Shown piece by piece: positions 26,895 to 38,577 of a stretch of 64,000 bases of DNA (position 1 is its first letter; each line of letters begins with the position of its first letter). The DNA comes from Octopus vulgaris (taxonomy: Eukaryota). The translations under genes were made by a program, and so were the position numbers. The notes under the pieces were generated by a model. That model did not search any database and had not been told where the DNA came from. It saw only the letters and a program-made list of their open reading frames with translations. The DNA lies in the NCBI GenBank assembly GCA_951406725.2, contig OX597833.1, positions 70,618,001 through 70,682,000 of the forward strand, in the 5' to 3' direction.

Positions 26895-26940
26895 GACACC
26901 TGATGAAGGCTGGAGGATATATAAGCCGAAACGTTGTGTT
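26895..26940 (+). ncRNA. Minimal type I hammerhead ribozyme motif with intact core
   Basis: GACAC CTGATGA A GGCT-loop-AGCC GAAA CGTT GTGTT: stems I and II pair, stem III is the loopless palindrome ACGT, predicted cut after GUU at 26935. Confidence 0.8.
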
Positions 26941-28098
26941 AACAACAAACAAGATGAGGACAAATATCCGTCAAATGTAAATAATGTACCTAATTCCCCA
27001 TCTCTTAAATATAGAACTCTAAGGTTAAACTGTTTTTCAGACAAATGAGAGAGGAAATGGTCATGTCTTGAATATATCCTATGTTTAGTAGATCAGAGCT
27101 AATTAGGAACTAAACAACGCAGTTGTGTTTCAGAAATAGATGCTGCAGATATTTTGATTAGATGTGGATGGAACAGAGAGGCTATTGTAATGAAACTTTG
27201 CTGAGTTGCTGCATCCAGAAAAGAATTTATTTGTTGCTAGCTGGACATAAACAGAATTTGGGAAGAAAATATGGCAATACAAATAGTGTATTATGCATTG
27301 CGTGTGTGTGTGTGTGTGTAATGCCATATGAGTTAGAGGAGGAGGTAGATAAGAATGGTGCTTAACCATTTTATTACTGTATTCCTGATAAAATATACTG
27401 CATGAGTTTTCAAATAAATTATCAGGTATTCGGAGGTATTTAGTAAAAACAACTAACTTTTTAGAAATATTGAATTCCTAAATGTCTCAGAGAGATATGT
27501 ACGGAGGTGGAACGATAGAGTGGTTGTATACTGTCAACATAACGTGACAGTCTCGTAAAGGGAGTTACACCACCGCTATTTAGCCCTAGGACGCATCGTC
27601 GCTTCCTGTTGGCTTTGACACATTTCCTGTGTCCTTATACTTGTGAAGGGGAGGCAAGCACCCCCAGCAGCTAGGACTAGCACCTAACTCTTTGACATTA
27701 AGTTATTTGGAACTTTAAATATTTTTAGATAAAATCGGACAGTATTAATTTGACTGTAAATGTGTGAGTCTCTGGTGAGTTGGTATGAAAGAAAAGATAA
27801 ACTGTTTAAATGCATGAGAGGAGAGAATATAAATAGAAAAACGCTTCAAAGTTGCTTTGTTTGTCTGGTGATTTCCAGCTACACCCATCTGCTTCAAATA
27901 GATTTTGTTTCTTGTTTGTTTTTATCTTGTATTTTCACTCTCAAAATGTCACTCTACTTCTTTTCCTTTTTTTTCCATGTACAGTTTTCTGTGCAAAACT
28001 TTTATTTTGTTTTTAGTGTGTCCCCCTCTGTTATACTCTCACCTCTCACCTGGCTCACTGACACTTCCCTTGGTTTCACTTTCGCTTTTACCTGAAAG

Positions 28099-28134
28099 GT
28101 GTTTATCTTGCAGACTACAGTGATACCTGGCAGT
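28099..28134 (+). other. Candidate microexon (36 nt, or 21 nt from 28114)
   Basis: Branch-like CACTGAC at 28056, pyrimidine tract, AG at 28097 and 28112, donor GTGAGT at 28135; both lengths are multiples of 3. Confidence 0.4.
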
Positions 28135-28169
28135 GTGAGTTTAATTCATTCCATGACCGAGCTTGTTTT

Positions 28170-28521
28170 ACAAATTCAAATGGAAATTGTAGGTATGATA
28201 CCTGTGCCGGTGGCACGTAAAAAGCACCATCCGAACGTGGCCGTTGCCAGTGCCGACTTGACTGGCACCTGTGCTGGTGGTACATAAAAAGCACCAACCG
28301 ATCGTGGCCGTTGCCAGCCTCACCTGTTACCTGTGCTGGTGGCACGTAAAAAGCACCCACTACACTCACGGAGTGGTTGGCGTTAGGAAGGGCATCCAGC
28401 TGTAGAAACACTGCCAGATCAGACTGGAGCCTGGTGCAGCCTCCTGGCTTCCCAGATCCCAGTCAAACTGTCCAACCCGTGCTAGCATGGAAAACGGGCG
28501 TTAAACGATGATGATGATGAT
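28170..28521 (+). mobile_element. SINE-like family B, near full length (3 modules)
   Basis: Leader AATGGAAATTGTAG...GATACC shared with the copies at 15560 and 56845. Confidence 0.88.
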
Positions 28522-29162
28522 TTTCCCCATTGAAATTAACTAAAATATAATTAATCCATTCCAGCCCCACAAAACCACTCAAAAATAATTTTTAGGGGTT
28601 TTAAAATAGAAAAGGTGTAGTTAGAAGTAAAATGACAATTATAAAGAAGAGAATGCAAAAGAAATATGTAAACTGGTTTTATTAAGTGAAATTACCTTAA
28701 CGATGGGACGGCTTTTGTGCTCGTACTGCAGATTTCTGCTCGTACTCCAAGACAAAAATTTGCACGAGTCTCAGGTTGTACAGCAAATTACTTGTACAAT
28801 GGGGCACTCATACTGCAAGGTTCTGCTGTACTTGGAAATCCTGCTGGTGCTACATGAAAAAACGCTGGTGCTTGTGCCGTGTAAAATGCATCCAGTACAT
28901 GTTGTAAAGTGGTTGACATAAGGAAGATCGTCCAGCCGTAGAAACCATGCCAAAACAAACCATGGAGCCTGGTGTAGCTCCCTGGCTTGCCAGCTCTTGT
29001 TTTACTGTCCAACCCATGCCAGCATTGTAAACAGACATTAGATGATGATGGTGTATTTTCCAATATACATGGTGACATAGTATATAGGGCAAACATGTAG
29101 TGTTGTTAATATTGCAAACATATTATCTGTTCAAATCCTGGAATTTGAGGTTTCCCAAAGAT

Positions 29163-29350
29163 GCACGTAAAAGCACCCACTACACTCTCGAAGTGGTTGG
29201 CATTAGGAAGGGCATCCAGCTGTAGAAACTCTGCCAGATCAAGATTGAAGCCTGGTGCAGCCATCTGGTTCGCCAGCCCTCAGTCATTCGTCCAACCCAT
29301 GCTAGCATGGAAAGCGGATGTTAAACGATGATGATGATGATGATGATGAT
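29163..29350 (+). mobile_element. SINE-like family B, 3' part
   Basis: Family motif and (GAT)n tail. Confidence 0.88.
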
Positions 29351-30326
29351 CTTGGTGTTGACTTGCCTTTTTTTTTTCTCTCTCCTGTAAATTTTGGTCC
29401 CAAAAATTTGTCTTGTATCCCCAAAAATATTCCATCTGTTGTAATGTTTCGTGCTGTTGTCATCTGTCTGTCTCTTATTCCCTTCGTTCCATTTCTGCCG
29501 CTTCACCTAGAAAAATATAAACAAACAGCTGTTTTAGCCCCCCGACAGTAAACCCCCGTCGATCACAGATGGGAAGCAGACTTTCTGATCACACAGCCAT
29601 CCCTGTGCTGCCCACCATGGCTGTGTTAGGAAAATCTATATTTCAATGTCTACAGTGTCCAGTGGCAAGAGAGAGTGTGGGGGAGATGTTATAAATTACT
29701 ATCTCAAACTGTTGATTTGTGGAACTGTTTTAATAACCATCTGGACTAAATCACCAAACATATTAAGATAGATTGAATTGGAATTCAATTTGGTTTCGTA
29801 ACATCACAAAGATTAAGTGACCAACACTCTCTGCAGGTGGTGTGTTGACTCCTCTATTTATCTTTGGGAAGTTCTTATGACACTCTTACTAATTCATATC
29901 AACTGTTGGCTGTCAACGAAGGCTGTGTTTAATTTCTTATTGGAAATTAATCAGAACGGACATTGTTATTGAACGAACCACTTTAAATAAATTTGAATTT
30001 TAAGTGTTGACTCTTTCAACTGGTTTCAGTGGCAAGAAAAAAATTTTACTTTTGTCGCCATGCCGTTAGGAGCTTTGCTTCCCAACCGCATTGTTTCAGG
30101 TTCTATCCTATCGTGTGGCACTTTGGGCAAATGTCTGCTACTGTAATCCAAAACCTTGTGAGTGGATTCGGTCAGCAGAAACTGAAAAAGAGTTCATTGT
30201 TTATGAAAGAGTGTGTTCAGGTTCCAATATTCGGTGAGAATGTGTCTGGCCCTGGAAATGTTACCTTGCTTCAAAACGGCTATGGGTTGGTGACAGGAAG
30301 GGTATCCAACTGTAGAAATGTCTGCA

Positions 30327-30782
30327 TTAACCCTTTAGCGTTTAAACTGGACATATCCAGCCAAAATATTCTGTTTTATGCTCAAACTGACCAGATCTGG
30401 CTTCTCACGTCCACTCTACAATGTCATTCTGAAAATAACCAATCATATCATTGAAATCTCAAAGCTACAGGATTAATTCAAAACAGTGTGAATAAATAAG
30501 CATTACATTTGACAGTGGAGGCACGTGGCTTACCGATTGTAAGATTGTGGTTTCAATTCCTGGACTGGATGATGGCTCATGTTCTTGAGCAAGACACTTT
30601 ATTTCACATTGCTCCAATCCACTCATCTGATAAAAATGAGTCATTCTGCAATGAACCAGTGGACCTTCCAGGGATGAATATATATGCCAGAGAAATTGGG
30701 AAACCAGCCCCATGCTCCTCCTTACAGAGTAATGCGAACTAACATAGCATTTGACAGATCAATCTGAAGGCTAAAGGGTTAA
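30327..30782. mobile_element. TTAA-flanked (piggyBac-like) MITE inside composite SINE E (about 30060-30838), itself containing a family-D fragment
   Basis: TTAA CCCTTTAGC ... GCTAAAGGG TTAA. Confidence 0.8.
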
Positions 30783-32320
30783 TAAAATCAGTCTGACCCA
30801 TGCAAGCATGGAAAAGTGGAAGTCAAAACGATGATGGCTGTACATGTTCCCTTGTCTTGACATCACAGAATAGTTGTAAATGAGCACCACCATTGTGCCA
30901 TTTGTTCATTTCCAATCTTCTGTGATAGGAACATGACCTTCCATAGGGAAAAATATTACTTTGCTTGGAAACGAGTGAAAGTTGGCAACAGGAAGAGCAA
31001 CGTGGCCATAGAAAATCTGCGTCATTGAAAGTCGTCAGTCCCATGCAAGCATGGAAAGGTAGACATTAAAACAACAATGGTGGTGCAAGTGGTGGCGGTT
31101 GTGGTGGTGGTGGTGGTGGTGGTGGTGGTGCAAGTGGTGCAAGTGGTGGTGGTTGTGGTGGTGGTGGTGGTGGTGGTGCAAGTGGTATTTAATAGATTTA
31201 TTGATATGAGATTCCAGTAAAGTTGCAAGATGGAAGAACCATCAGCACTCTGTGAAAAATGCTCAGCAGCATTTCATCTGTCTTTACGTTCAGAGCTCAA
31301 ATTCTGTTGCCTTTCATCCTTCTGGGGTCAATAAGGACCAGTGGAGCTGACTTACCCCTTCCTCCAAAATTGCTGGCCTTGAGCCAAAATTTGAAGCCAA
31401 TATGAGATTCCATTCTTTTGAGATGAGACAGGAATTGAAATTACTTTTAGAAGGGTCCTTTATTTTGTGAATTATGGTCTTGTTTAACCCCAGGTCAGTC
31501 AGCTCTGAATGAACAAAACTGTAATCAAGACATGGCAGTCATGTCCGGCCCATCTTTTTTTCTTCTTTCTAAACTCTGTATCCATGACGACATTAACCAA
31601 TATTTTCTTGCTTTATCTTAAGTTGGTAGGGATGGGATATGCGGAATATTTGGCTGCTTTTTCTAACAGGTTGAATCACATTGTAGAGGCTTCCTTGTTG
31701 GCTCGTATTATGGATGGAGTAGTAGTCGAGGGGTTTAGGGGCTGAACTGTTGACTCGAAAAGTTGGAAGTTCAAACCGGCTGTCAGAATAGGATTGGATT
31801 GGATTGGATTGGATCAGATTAGATTGTATAATGAATTACATAAAATGCTTGACACATCCAGCCAGCCAGCCAGCCAGTCATCCATGCAGCCATCCATCCA
31901 TCCTGCCTGCCGAGAGATGATTGTAATCAGTACCAATCTCATTTTACAGCCAAACTGAATTGGGAGCAGTGCAGAGGTCAAAGTTCATGCAACAGTGTGA
32001 GCAATTCCTACAAAATACAATTCCTGCTTTCTGCAACTACCCGTCTTGACATGCACCGAAACTGATATTAAATAAATTAAATCCATACAAGTAAATTGAA
32101 ATGAAAGCCAAAAAAAAAGAAAAAAGAATCTAAAAAAAAAAACCCTTAAAAATGGTGATGGTGACAATAGTACTGATAGTGGTGGTGGTAGTGGTGGTGG
32201 TGGTGGTGGTAATGGCAGATGGTAGCAGCTGCTCTGGTGCTAACAGCAGCTCTTAGATCATATTCCAAGTGTCAAACAGAAACCAAAGTGATTTTTAAAA
32301 AAACATTTTCTGTTTTTTTC

Positions 32321-32416
<96 letters not shown>

Positions 32417-33678
32417 TATGAAATTCTTTAGTTGGAGGTATTTTGTTGTCACTTAGTGTTTGATGGAAGGTAGCTTGGTAATATGGCTGAATACCTGCAG
32501 CAGGTAAACCAATAGCATCAAGGTGACGAGTCTGAATCTAAATTGTCGTGCGTATGCATTATTTTTGCATGCATTGGTACACTTGCTTGCACTTATTTAT
32601 GTGCGAGCAAGTGTGCATATGTACATGCATTTGTGTGTGTGTGTGTGTGGTGCATCCATTATTAATTTCTTGGTTCTGGAATGGCCTTTTGTTCGGATCG
32701 TTGCACATGCGTGCAACTATTTCTGTTCGGTTATCTAAAATTAATTCTTTGAGTGGTTTTCTCCAAGAAAATTGCACCATTCCTTACTTTGGATACACAC
32801 TGATTATGAAGGAGTTGGTGCGTGTGTGTGTACGTGTGTGTGTGTGTGTGGTTACTTTTGCTGGTCAATTTGAGATGAAAGTGTGTGCGTGCTGGCAATC
32901 AGGAATCAGGAATCGAATAAAATATTCAGTGTTGAAACGGAACAAGAAAAAAAGAAGAGAAAGAAACAAGTAATGGGATTCCAGTTGTAAGAAAGAGAAA
33001 TATCTCATTTATTATGGGAAAAAAAAAAACCCACCCCAACAGAACTCTATTACCTTTTAATGCTAAGTAGACAGGTTTAATTCTCCTTTTAAGATATGTG
33101 TGTGTGTACATATACATACACACACGTCAAGAGTGTACTTTATTTACTAGCAAGCCTATTTGTGGTTACTGACTTCTGGCTGGACTATAGAAAGGGATTA
33201 AATGCTGTGATCAGTATCGACCTGGTTCCTTGATTTTTTTTTTCCCCTCTTTTTCCATATATGTCTTGGAGACCTACGAAATTGTATGCATTTTTGCCCC
33301 TCCTTTTATTGACAAAACCGTAAAAGTATCAGAAAAAAATTTGCTGCAAGTGTTTTTTGAATCACACACACTTAATTCTGTCTTCCCTGAATTTACCTGC
33401 CAGAAATAGGTTTCGGATGATCTGGTAATGTCACGTGGGATAGACAGACCATCCTGTTCTGTTGGGCGATTTATTTCTTTATTGCTTAAAACCATGAAAC
33501 TGGTCTTTGAGATCTTTTTTTTTTAGAATTAATGGGTCACATTAAAAGCACACACACACACACAAAAGAAGAAAAAAATATTTGTGAAGTGGATGAGCAA
33601 ATGATGCAAAACTTGGTTTAATGTTGGTGACTGAAATATCTCAACATGTTTAATCCTTTTACTGTGAAAATCAGATAT

Positions 33679-34078
33679 AGGCACAGGTGTGGCTGTGTGG
33701 TAAGAAGCTTGCTTCCTAACCACATGGTTCCGGGTTCAGTCCCACTGTGTGGCACCTTGGCCAAGTGTCTTCGACTATAGCCTTGGGCCAACCAAAGCCT
33801 TGTGAGTGGATTTGGTAGACGGAAACTGAAAAGAAGCCCATTATATATGTATGTGTGTGTGTGTGTGTGTGTCTGTCTTTTTGTCTCCCCACCATCATTT
33901 GACAACCGATGTTGGTGTGTTTATGTCCCCGTAACTTAGCAGTTTGGGAAAAGATACCAATAGAACAAGTACTAGGCTTATAAAGAATAAGTCCTGGGAT
34001 CGATTTGTTCGACTAAAAGGCAGTGCTCCAGCATGGCCGCAGTCAAATGACTGAAACGAGTAAAAGAATAAAAGAATA
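33679..34078 (+). mobile_element. SINE family A, full length
   Basis: Head, core, (GT)n, 3' module and TAAAAGA tail. Confidence 0.9.
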
Positions 34079-34291
34079 TCTACTTAGAATTTCATTCCCC
34101 TTGACTGCAGAAAGGAGTTTTGTACACCTGTCTGTCATTTGAACCATTTTTTGGTTGAGATACCAAATTTATTGAGGCAACATGAAATTCAATTTTGCAG
34201 TTAAGAGGTGAATATTATTTCTTCATTTCTGGTTAAAAACTTTTCCATTGGTGTTGACATTGTTGTCCTCTCCATGTTTACTGGAGTTGAT

Positions 34292-34509
34292 TTAACCCTT
34301 TCATTACCAACCCGGCTGAAACCGCCTCTGGCTCTGAGTACAAATGTCTTGTTTTGAATTAAAATCTTCCACTAAACCTTAGTCACAATTCATGTTCCTA
34401 ACACTAGCTGAATGATAACTAAGTTATTTTACTGAATTCTTTGTTATATTTAAAGTAAGTGAAAGAAACAGAGAGCATCTCAACAGCAATATGGTAACGA
34501 AAGAATTAA
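34292..34509. mobile_element. TTAA-flanked MITE, second family
   Basis: TTAACCCTTTCATTACC ... GGTAACGAAAGAATTAA; reverse orientation of 36978-37206. Confidence 0.82.
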
Positions 34510-34903
34510 TTGTTTGTCTTCTGGCAAAACATGACCTTGTATCCAAACGAGAGATTACCAACAATGCTGCTACAACTAATACTCAAATACACAGTGTTTT
34601 GCCATCATTATTGGTGTCCTTTCTGTCTTCTTCATTGTTTATTTTTTTGTTTATTTTTTGTTGTTGTTTTCCTTCTATTCTTTTTGTTCTTTCAAGTTCA
34701 CAAGCTGGTTCGGACCAGTCGTTGAAGTCTGTATCACATCACACCTGTTTCTTGTGCTTAACAGAAAAATTGGAGAAAAATCCCCTAAAACTCACGTCTC
34801 CCATTGATTAAAACTTAAATCTTGAAAGCCTATGAGGAAGCCTCCAATATGGTTAGTCAATTTGCTAGAAATAACAGCCAGAACACTTTGAAATCACTCT
34901 CTC

Positions 34904-35436
34904 TTAACCCATTAGCTTTTAAACCTGCCATATCTGGCCCAAATGTGTCGCCTCTCATGTCTACCCTAAAATGTCATTTTAAAAATAAGTCACCTCATCA
35001 AAATCTCAAAGCTATGAGATAATAAAGGATTAATTAAAAATAATGTGAATATATAAGCATTACATCATCATCGTCATCATCATCGTTTAATGTCCGCTTT
35101 CCATGCTAGCATGGGTTGGATGGTTCAACTGGGATCTGGGAAGCCAGAAGGCTGCACCAGGCTCTAGTCTGATCTGGCAGTGTTTCTACAGCTGGATGCC
35201 CTTCCTAACACCAACCACTCTGTGAGTGTAGTGGGTGCTTTTTACATGCCACCGGTGCAGGTGCCAGGGGAGGCTGGCAAACGGCCACGATCGGATGGTG
35301 CTTTTTACGTGCCACTGATACGGGGGCCAGGCGAGGCTGGCAACGGCCACGAACGGATGGTGCTTTTTACGTGCCACCGACATGGGGGCCAGGCAAGACT
35401 GGCAACGAAAGAATAATCCGAATGCTAAAGGGTTCA
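34904..35436. mobile_element. TTAA-type MITE interrupted by a family-B element (35062-35408, -)
   Basis: TTAACCCATTAGC ... GCTAAAGGGTTCA. Confidence 0.78.
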
Positions 35437-35655
35437 ATAAAAAAGAAAAAAAGAAGCAAGGCTACATTGAATAATGTAGTCTCAGATATGTTCTATTGAA
35501 ATAAAGACAGGATGGTCATGGCTGGAATACAATTTTTGTTCAAAGGTCTGCTTGATCAGGACTGACCTAGAACCAAAACATTAATCTCATGCTTTTGTTG
35601 TTGTTTGTGTCTTAGTGATTAAATTTTGTTTTTCCGTCATTCCTGTGTGTACCAG

Positions 35656-35667
35656 ATCAATAGATTT
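35656..35667 (+). other. Candidate 12-nt microexon
   Basis: Pyrimidine-rich tract, CCAG|ATCAATAGATTT|GTAAGA. Confidence 0.3.
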
Positions 35668-36977
35668 GTAAGAATAAGTCAGCCTAACAAGATAACCTGT
35701 CCAGCCGAGCATTGTTATCTGCGTCTCTATTAACATTACGAAAAACATGTGAGGGCATGTCGTTGGACATGGAAATATGTCACTACCACTAATTGTACGT
35801 GAATGCTCGAGTCACGAAGGACAAATAGTCACTGCAGTAGTGTTCAATACTTTGTTGATAGGCTTGGGTTCAAATCTTTTCATCAAGAACATTAGGTGGG
35901 ACTGGGTTCCAGGAAGGGTTCTGCTCCTTAAAGTTATATTTAGGTGCAGGTACGGATGTCATCATCATCGTTGTTTAATGTCCAAGTTCCATGCTGGTAT
36001 GGCCTGGATGGTGTGACAGGCTCCAAAGAATCCAAGGACTGTGTTGAGCCCCAATGTCTGCTCTGGCACGGTTTTTATAGCTGGGTGCCCTTCTTAACGC
36101 CAACCACTTTACAGCATGAACTGGAATCCTTTGTTGTGCCACCTATTGAGGTTGCCATGCAGTTCACAAGACTATGAACCCAATAGGAAGTGGGGGTTGG
36201 GGTGGGGTTCGGCTTCGGGCTTAGAGACGAGGGGACCACTATGAGAGTAGAGGGGCAGTGCAAGTTCCTGCAGTAGGATCAACATAGCTAATGACGTCTA
36301 GTAGGGGGGGAGAAGGAGAAAAGGATTAGTCATCCTTTTCCAATCATGTGGTTTGGGGTTCAATCCTACTGCACAGCACCTTGGACAAGTGTTTTCTAAT
36401 ATACTTTTGGATCAACCAAAGATTCGTGGGATTGATAGAAACTGAAAGAAATCATTTGTGCGTGTAAAAGAGATTTCCTTCAGTTCCTTTCAGGAAGGGC
36501 CTCCAGCTGGAAAGAAAGCTTCAACAATGTATTCATCTGACCCATGCTAGCATGGAAAAAAGGGAGGTACTGGCCAGATTTGGTCCCTCACTTCTACCCT
36601 TCAATATCACTCTACAAAAAATAAACAGTCACATCATTGAAATCTGAAGTTATGAGATAATGCATGATTGATTCAAAACCAATGGGATTAAGTGTTACGT
36701 TTGACCGAATAATCTGAATGCCAAAGGGTCAAATGTTAAAGGGTTTAGTGCGAAATTTTGAGGGAAGATTTAAATTTCATGTTGACATTTCACAACTTCA
36801 CTAATGTCTGCATTCCTTCCTGACATTGTGACCAATCACTCTGCACTTTTGAACACTTGTGAAATAAAAAAAAAATCCTTTACTTGAAAAAATAGGTGAG
36901 GGTTGACAACAGGAAGAGCATCCTGCATGTAAAATCATACATGACTGTTCGATCTATATTAGCAAGGAAAATTGACA

Positions 36978-37206
36978 TTAACCCTTTTGTTACTGTATTT
37001 CATTTGATATGCTCTTAGTTTCTTTCAATTACTTCAAATACAGCAAAGAACTTAGTAAAATAACTTAGTTATCATTCAGCTAGTGTTAGGAACATAAATT
37101 GTGACTAAGGTTTGGTGGAAGATTTTAATTCAGAACTTTTGAAAACAAGACATTTGTACTAAAGAGCCAGAGCCGGTTTCAGCCAGGTTGGTAACGAAAG
37201 GGTTAA
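36978..37206. mobile_element. TTAA-flanked MITE, second family
   Basis: TTAACCCTTTTGTTAC ... GTAACGAAAGGGTTAA. Confidence 0.88.
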
Positions 37207-37460
37207 ATGAAAAAATAAGTATATCATGTGGCCTAGTGGTTTAGGGTGTTGTGCTCATGATCATAAGATTGTGGGTTCAATTCCTGAAGCAGGAATTGTA
37301 TCCTTGAACAATGCACTTCATTTTATGTTGAACCAGTCCACTCTAGAGGTCAATGAGTGCCATCTCTGTGCTGGAATGGCTCGGCCCACCCTCTTTGTTT
37401 TCCACAGATGCCACATCCTGGATATTCTGCTGGGTGTAGGGTGGAACTGCAAAGACAATA

Positions 37461-37690
37461 TACATTATTTACATTTGACGAATTTTTGTCCTCATCTTGT
37501 TTGTTGCTGACACAACGTTTCGACTGATATACCCTCCAGCCTTCATCAGGTGTCTTGGGGGAATTTCGAACCTGGGTTCTCGTTCCTGATGAAGGCTGGA
37601 GCGTATATCAGCCGAAAAATTGTTTGTGTTAGCAACAAACAAGATGAGGACAAATATCCGTCAAATGTAAATAAAGTAAATAATGCACAT
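37461..37690. mobile_element. Penelope-type foldback element, same family as 26368-26981
   Basis: Inverted arms of about 90 bp around 37551-37584. Confidence 0.75.
37509..37554 (-). ncRNA. Minimal hammerhead ribozyme motif with intact core
   Basis: GACAC CTGATGA A GGCTG-GAGGGTATAT-CAGTC GAAA CGTT GTGTC. Confidence 0.8.
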
Positions 37691-38016
37691 AATTCCTCAT
37701 CTCTTGAATCTAGAACTGCAAAGACAATGTTTACCTGCAACTACATACACCTTAAAACAATCAGTGAGAGCATGCTACATACATTGTGTGTGTGTGTGTG
37801 TGTGTGTGTACGTACATACCCCTGCAGCACATCGCCAACACATGATACCTTGTGGTTGTTTTACCTTACTGTGGACTCAGTGTTATGGTATCCAGCCTGT
37901 CCCGGTGTCCTACATGTTGATGTACCTAGATTCAAATGAACCTTATAATTAATCTATATGTACATATGTGTGTATATACATACAAGGCCAAAGAGGGTAC
38001 GGGCGCCGCTATATAT

Positions 38017-38247
38017 ATTATATGTAGAAAAATACAAACTGGGACAAGAATGTAAAACATTTAGAAGACGATACAAAATACACGGACGGGACATTCAAAA
38101 CCTTCAATCTTCAGTCCAGCCGAAATTGCGAGGATGATCCGGTTCTTGACTGAAGATTGAAGGCTTCGAATGTCCCGTCCGTGTATTTCGTATCATCTTC
38201 TAAATGTTTTACGTTCTTGTCCCAGTTTGCATTTTTCTACATATAAT
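38017..38247. mobile_element. Foldback element with 100-bp arms (probably Penelope-derived)
   Basis: 38017-38116 versus 38148-38247; a related non-folded copy lies at about 40045-40210. Confidence 0.65.
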
Positions 38248-38577
38248 GTGTGTGTATATGTCTTTATGTACACGCATACATATGTCTTTATATATGCGTG
38301 TGTGTGTGTGTGATATTTATAGCTTTGAGTTCTTTTGTTTTACTCTTTCCTTCTTCCTCTTTCTCTTTGAAAACCTGCAAGAGGCTGCTGCCAACAGATC
38401 ACTGTCACTCTTTATGACCTTCAAAAAAAAAAGAAAAACTTTAAAGTACTTTCTTTTATCCTCTTCTACATTTCATTTAGCGAAGAGAGAATACAGGGCA
38501 ACCAAAATGTATGTGCAGGAGACTGTGTGGAGTATATATATATATATATATAGATTCAGATGAATTTGGTACTTAAG

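Larger units (their letters stand above)
26368..26981. mobile_element. Penelope-type foldback element with tRNA-like centre and hammerhead motifs; SINE C inserted at about 26635-26845
   Basis: Left arm 26368-26545 is the reverse complement of 26588-26630 plus 26846-26981. Confidence 0.75.

Noticed and set aside
28303-28400. GGCCGTTGCCAGCCTC resembles HDV ribozyme sequence, and AGGAAGGGCATCC resembles the sequence following twister ribozymes in RTE UTRs
   Set aside because: I could not build the HDV double pseudoknot or find a twister core.
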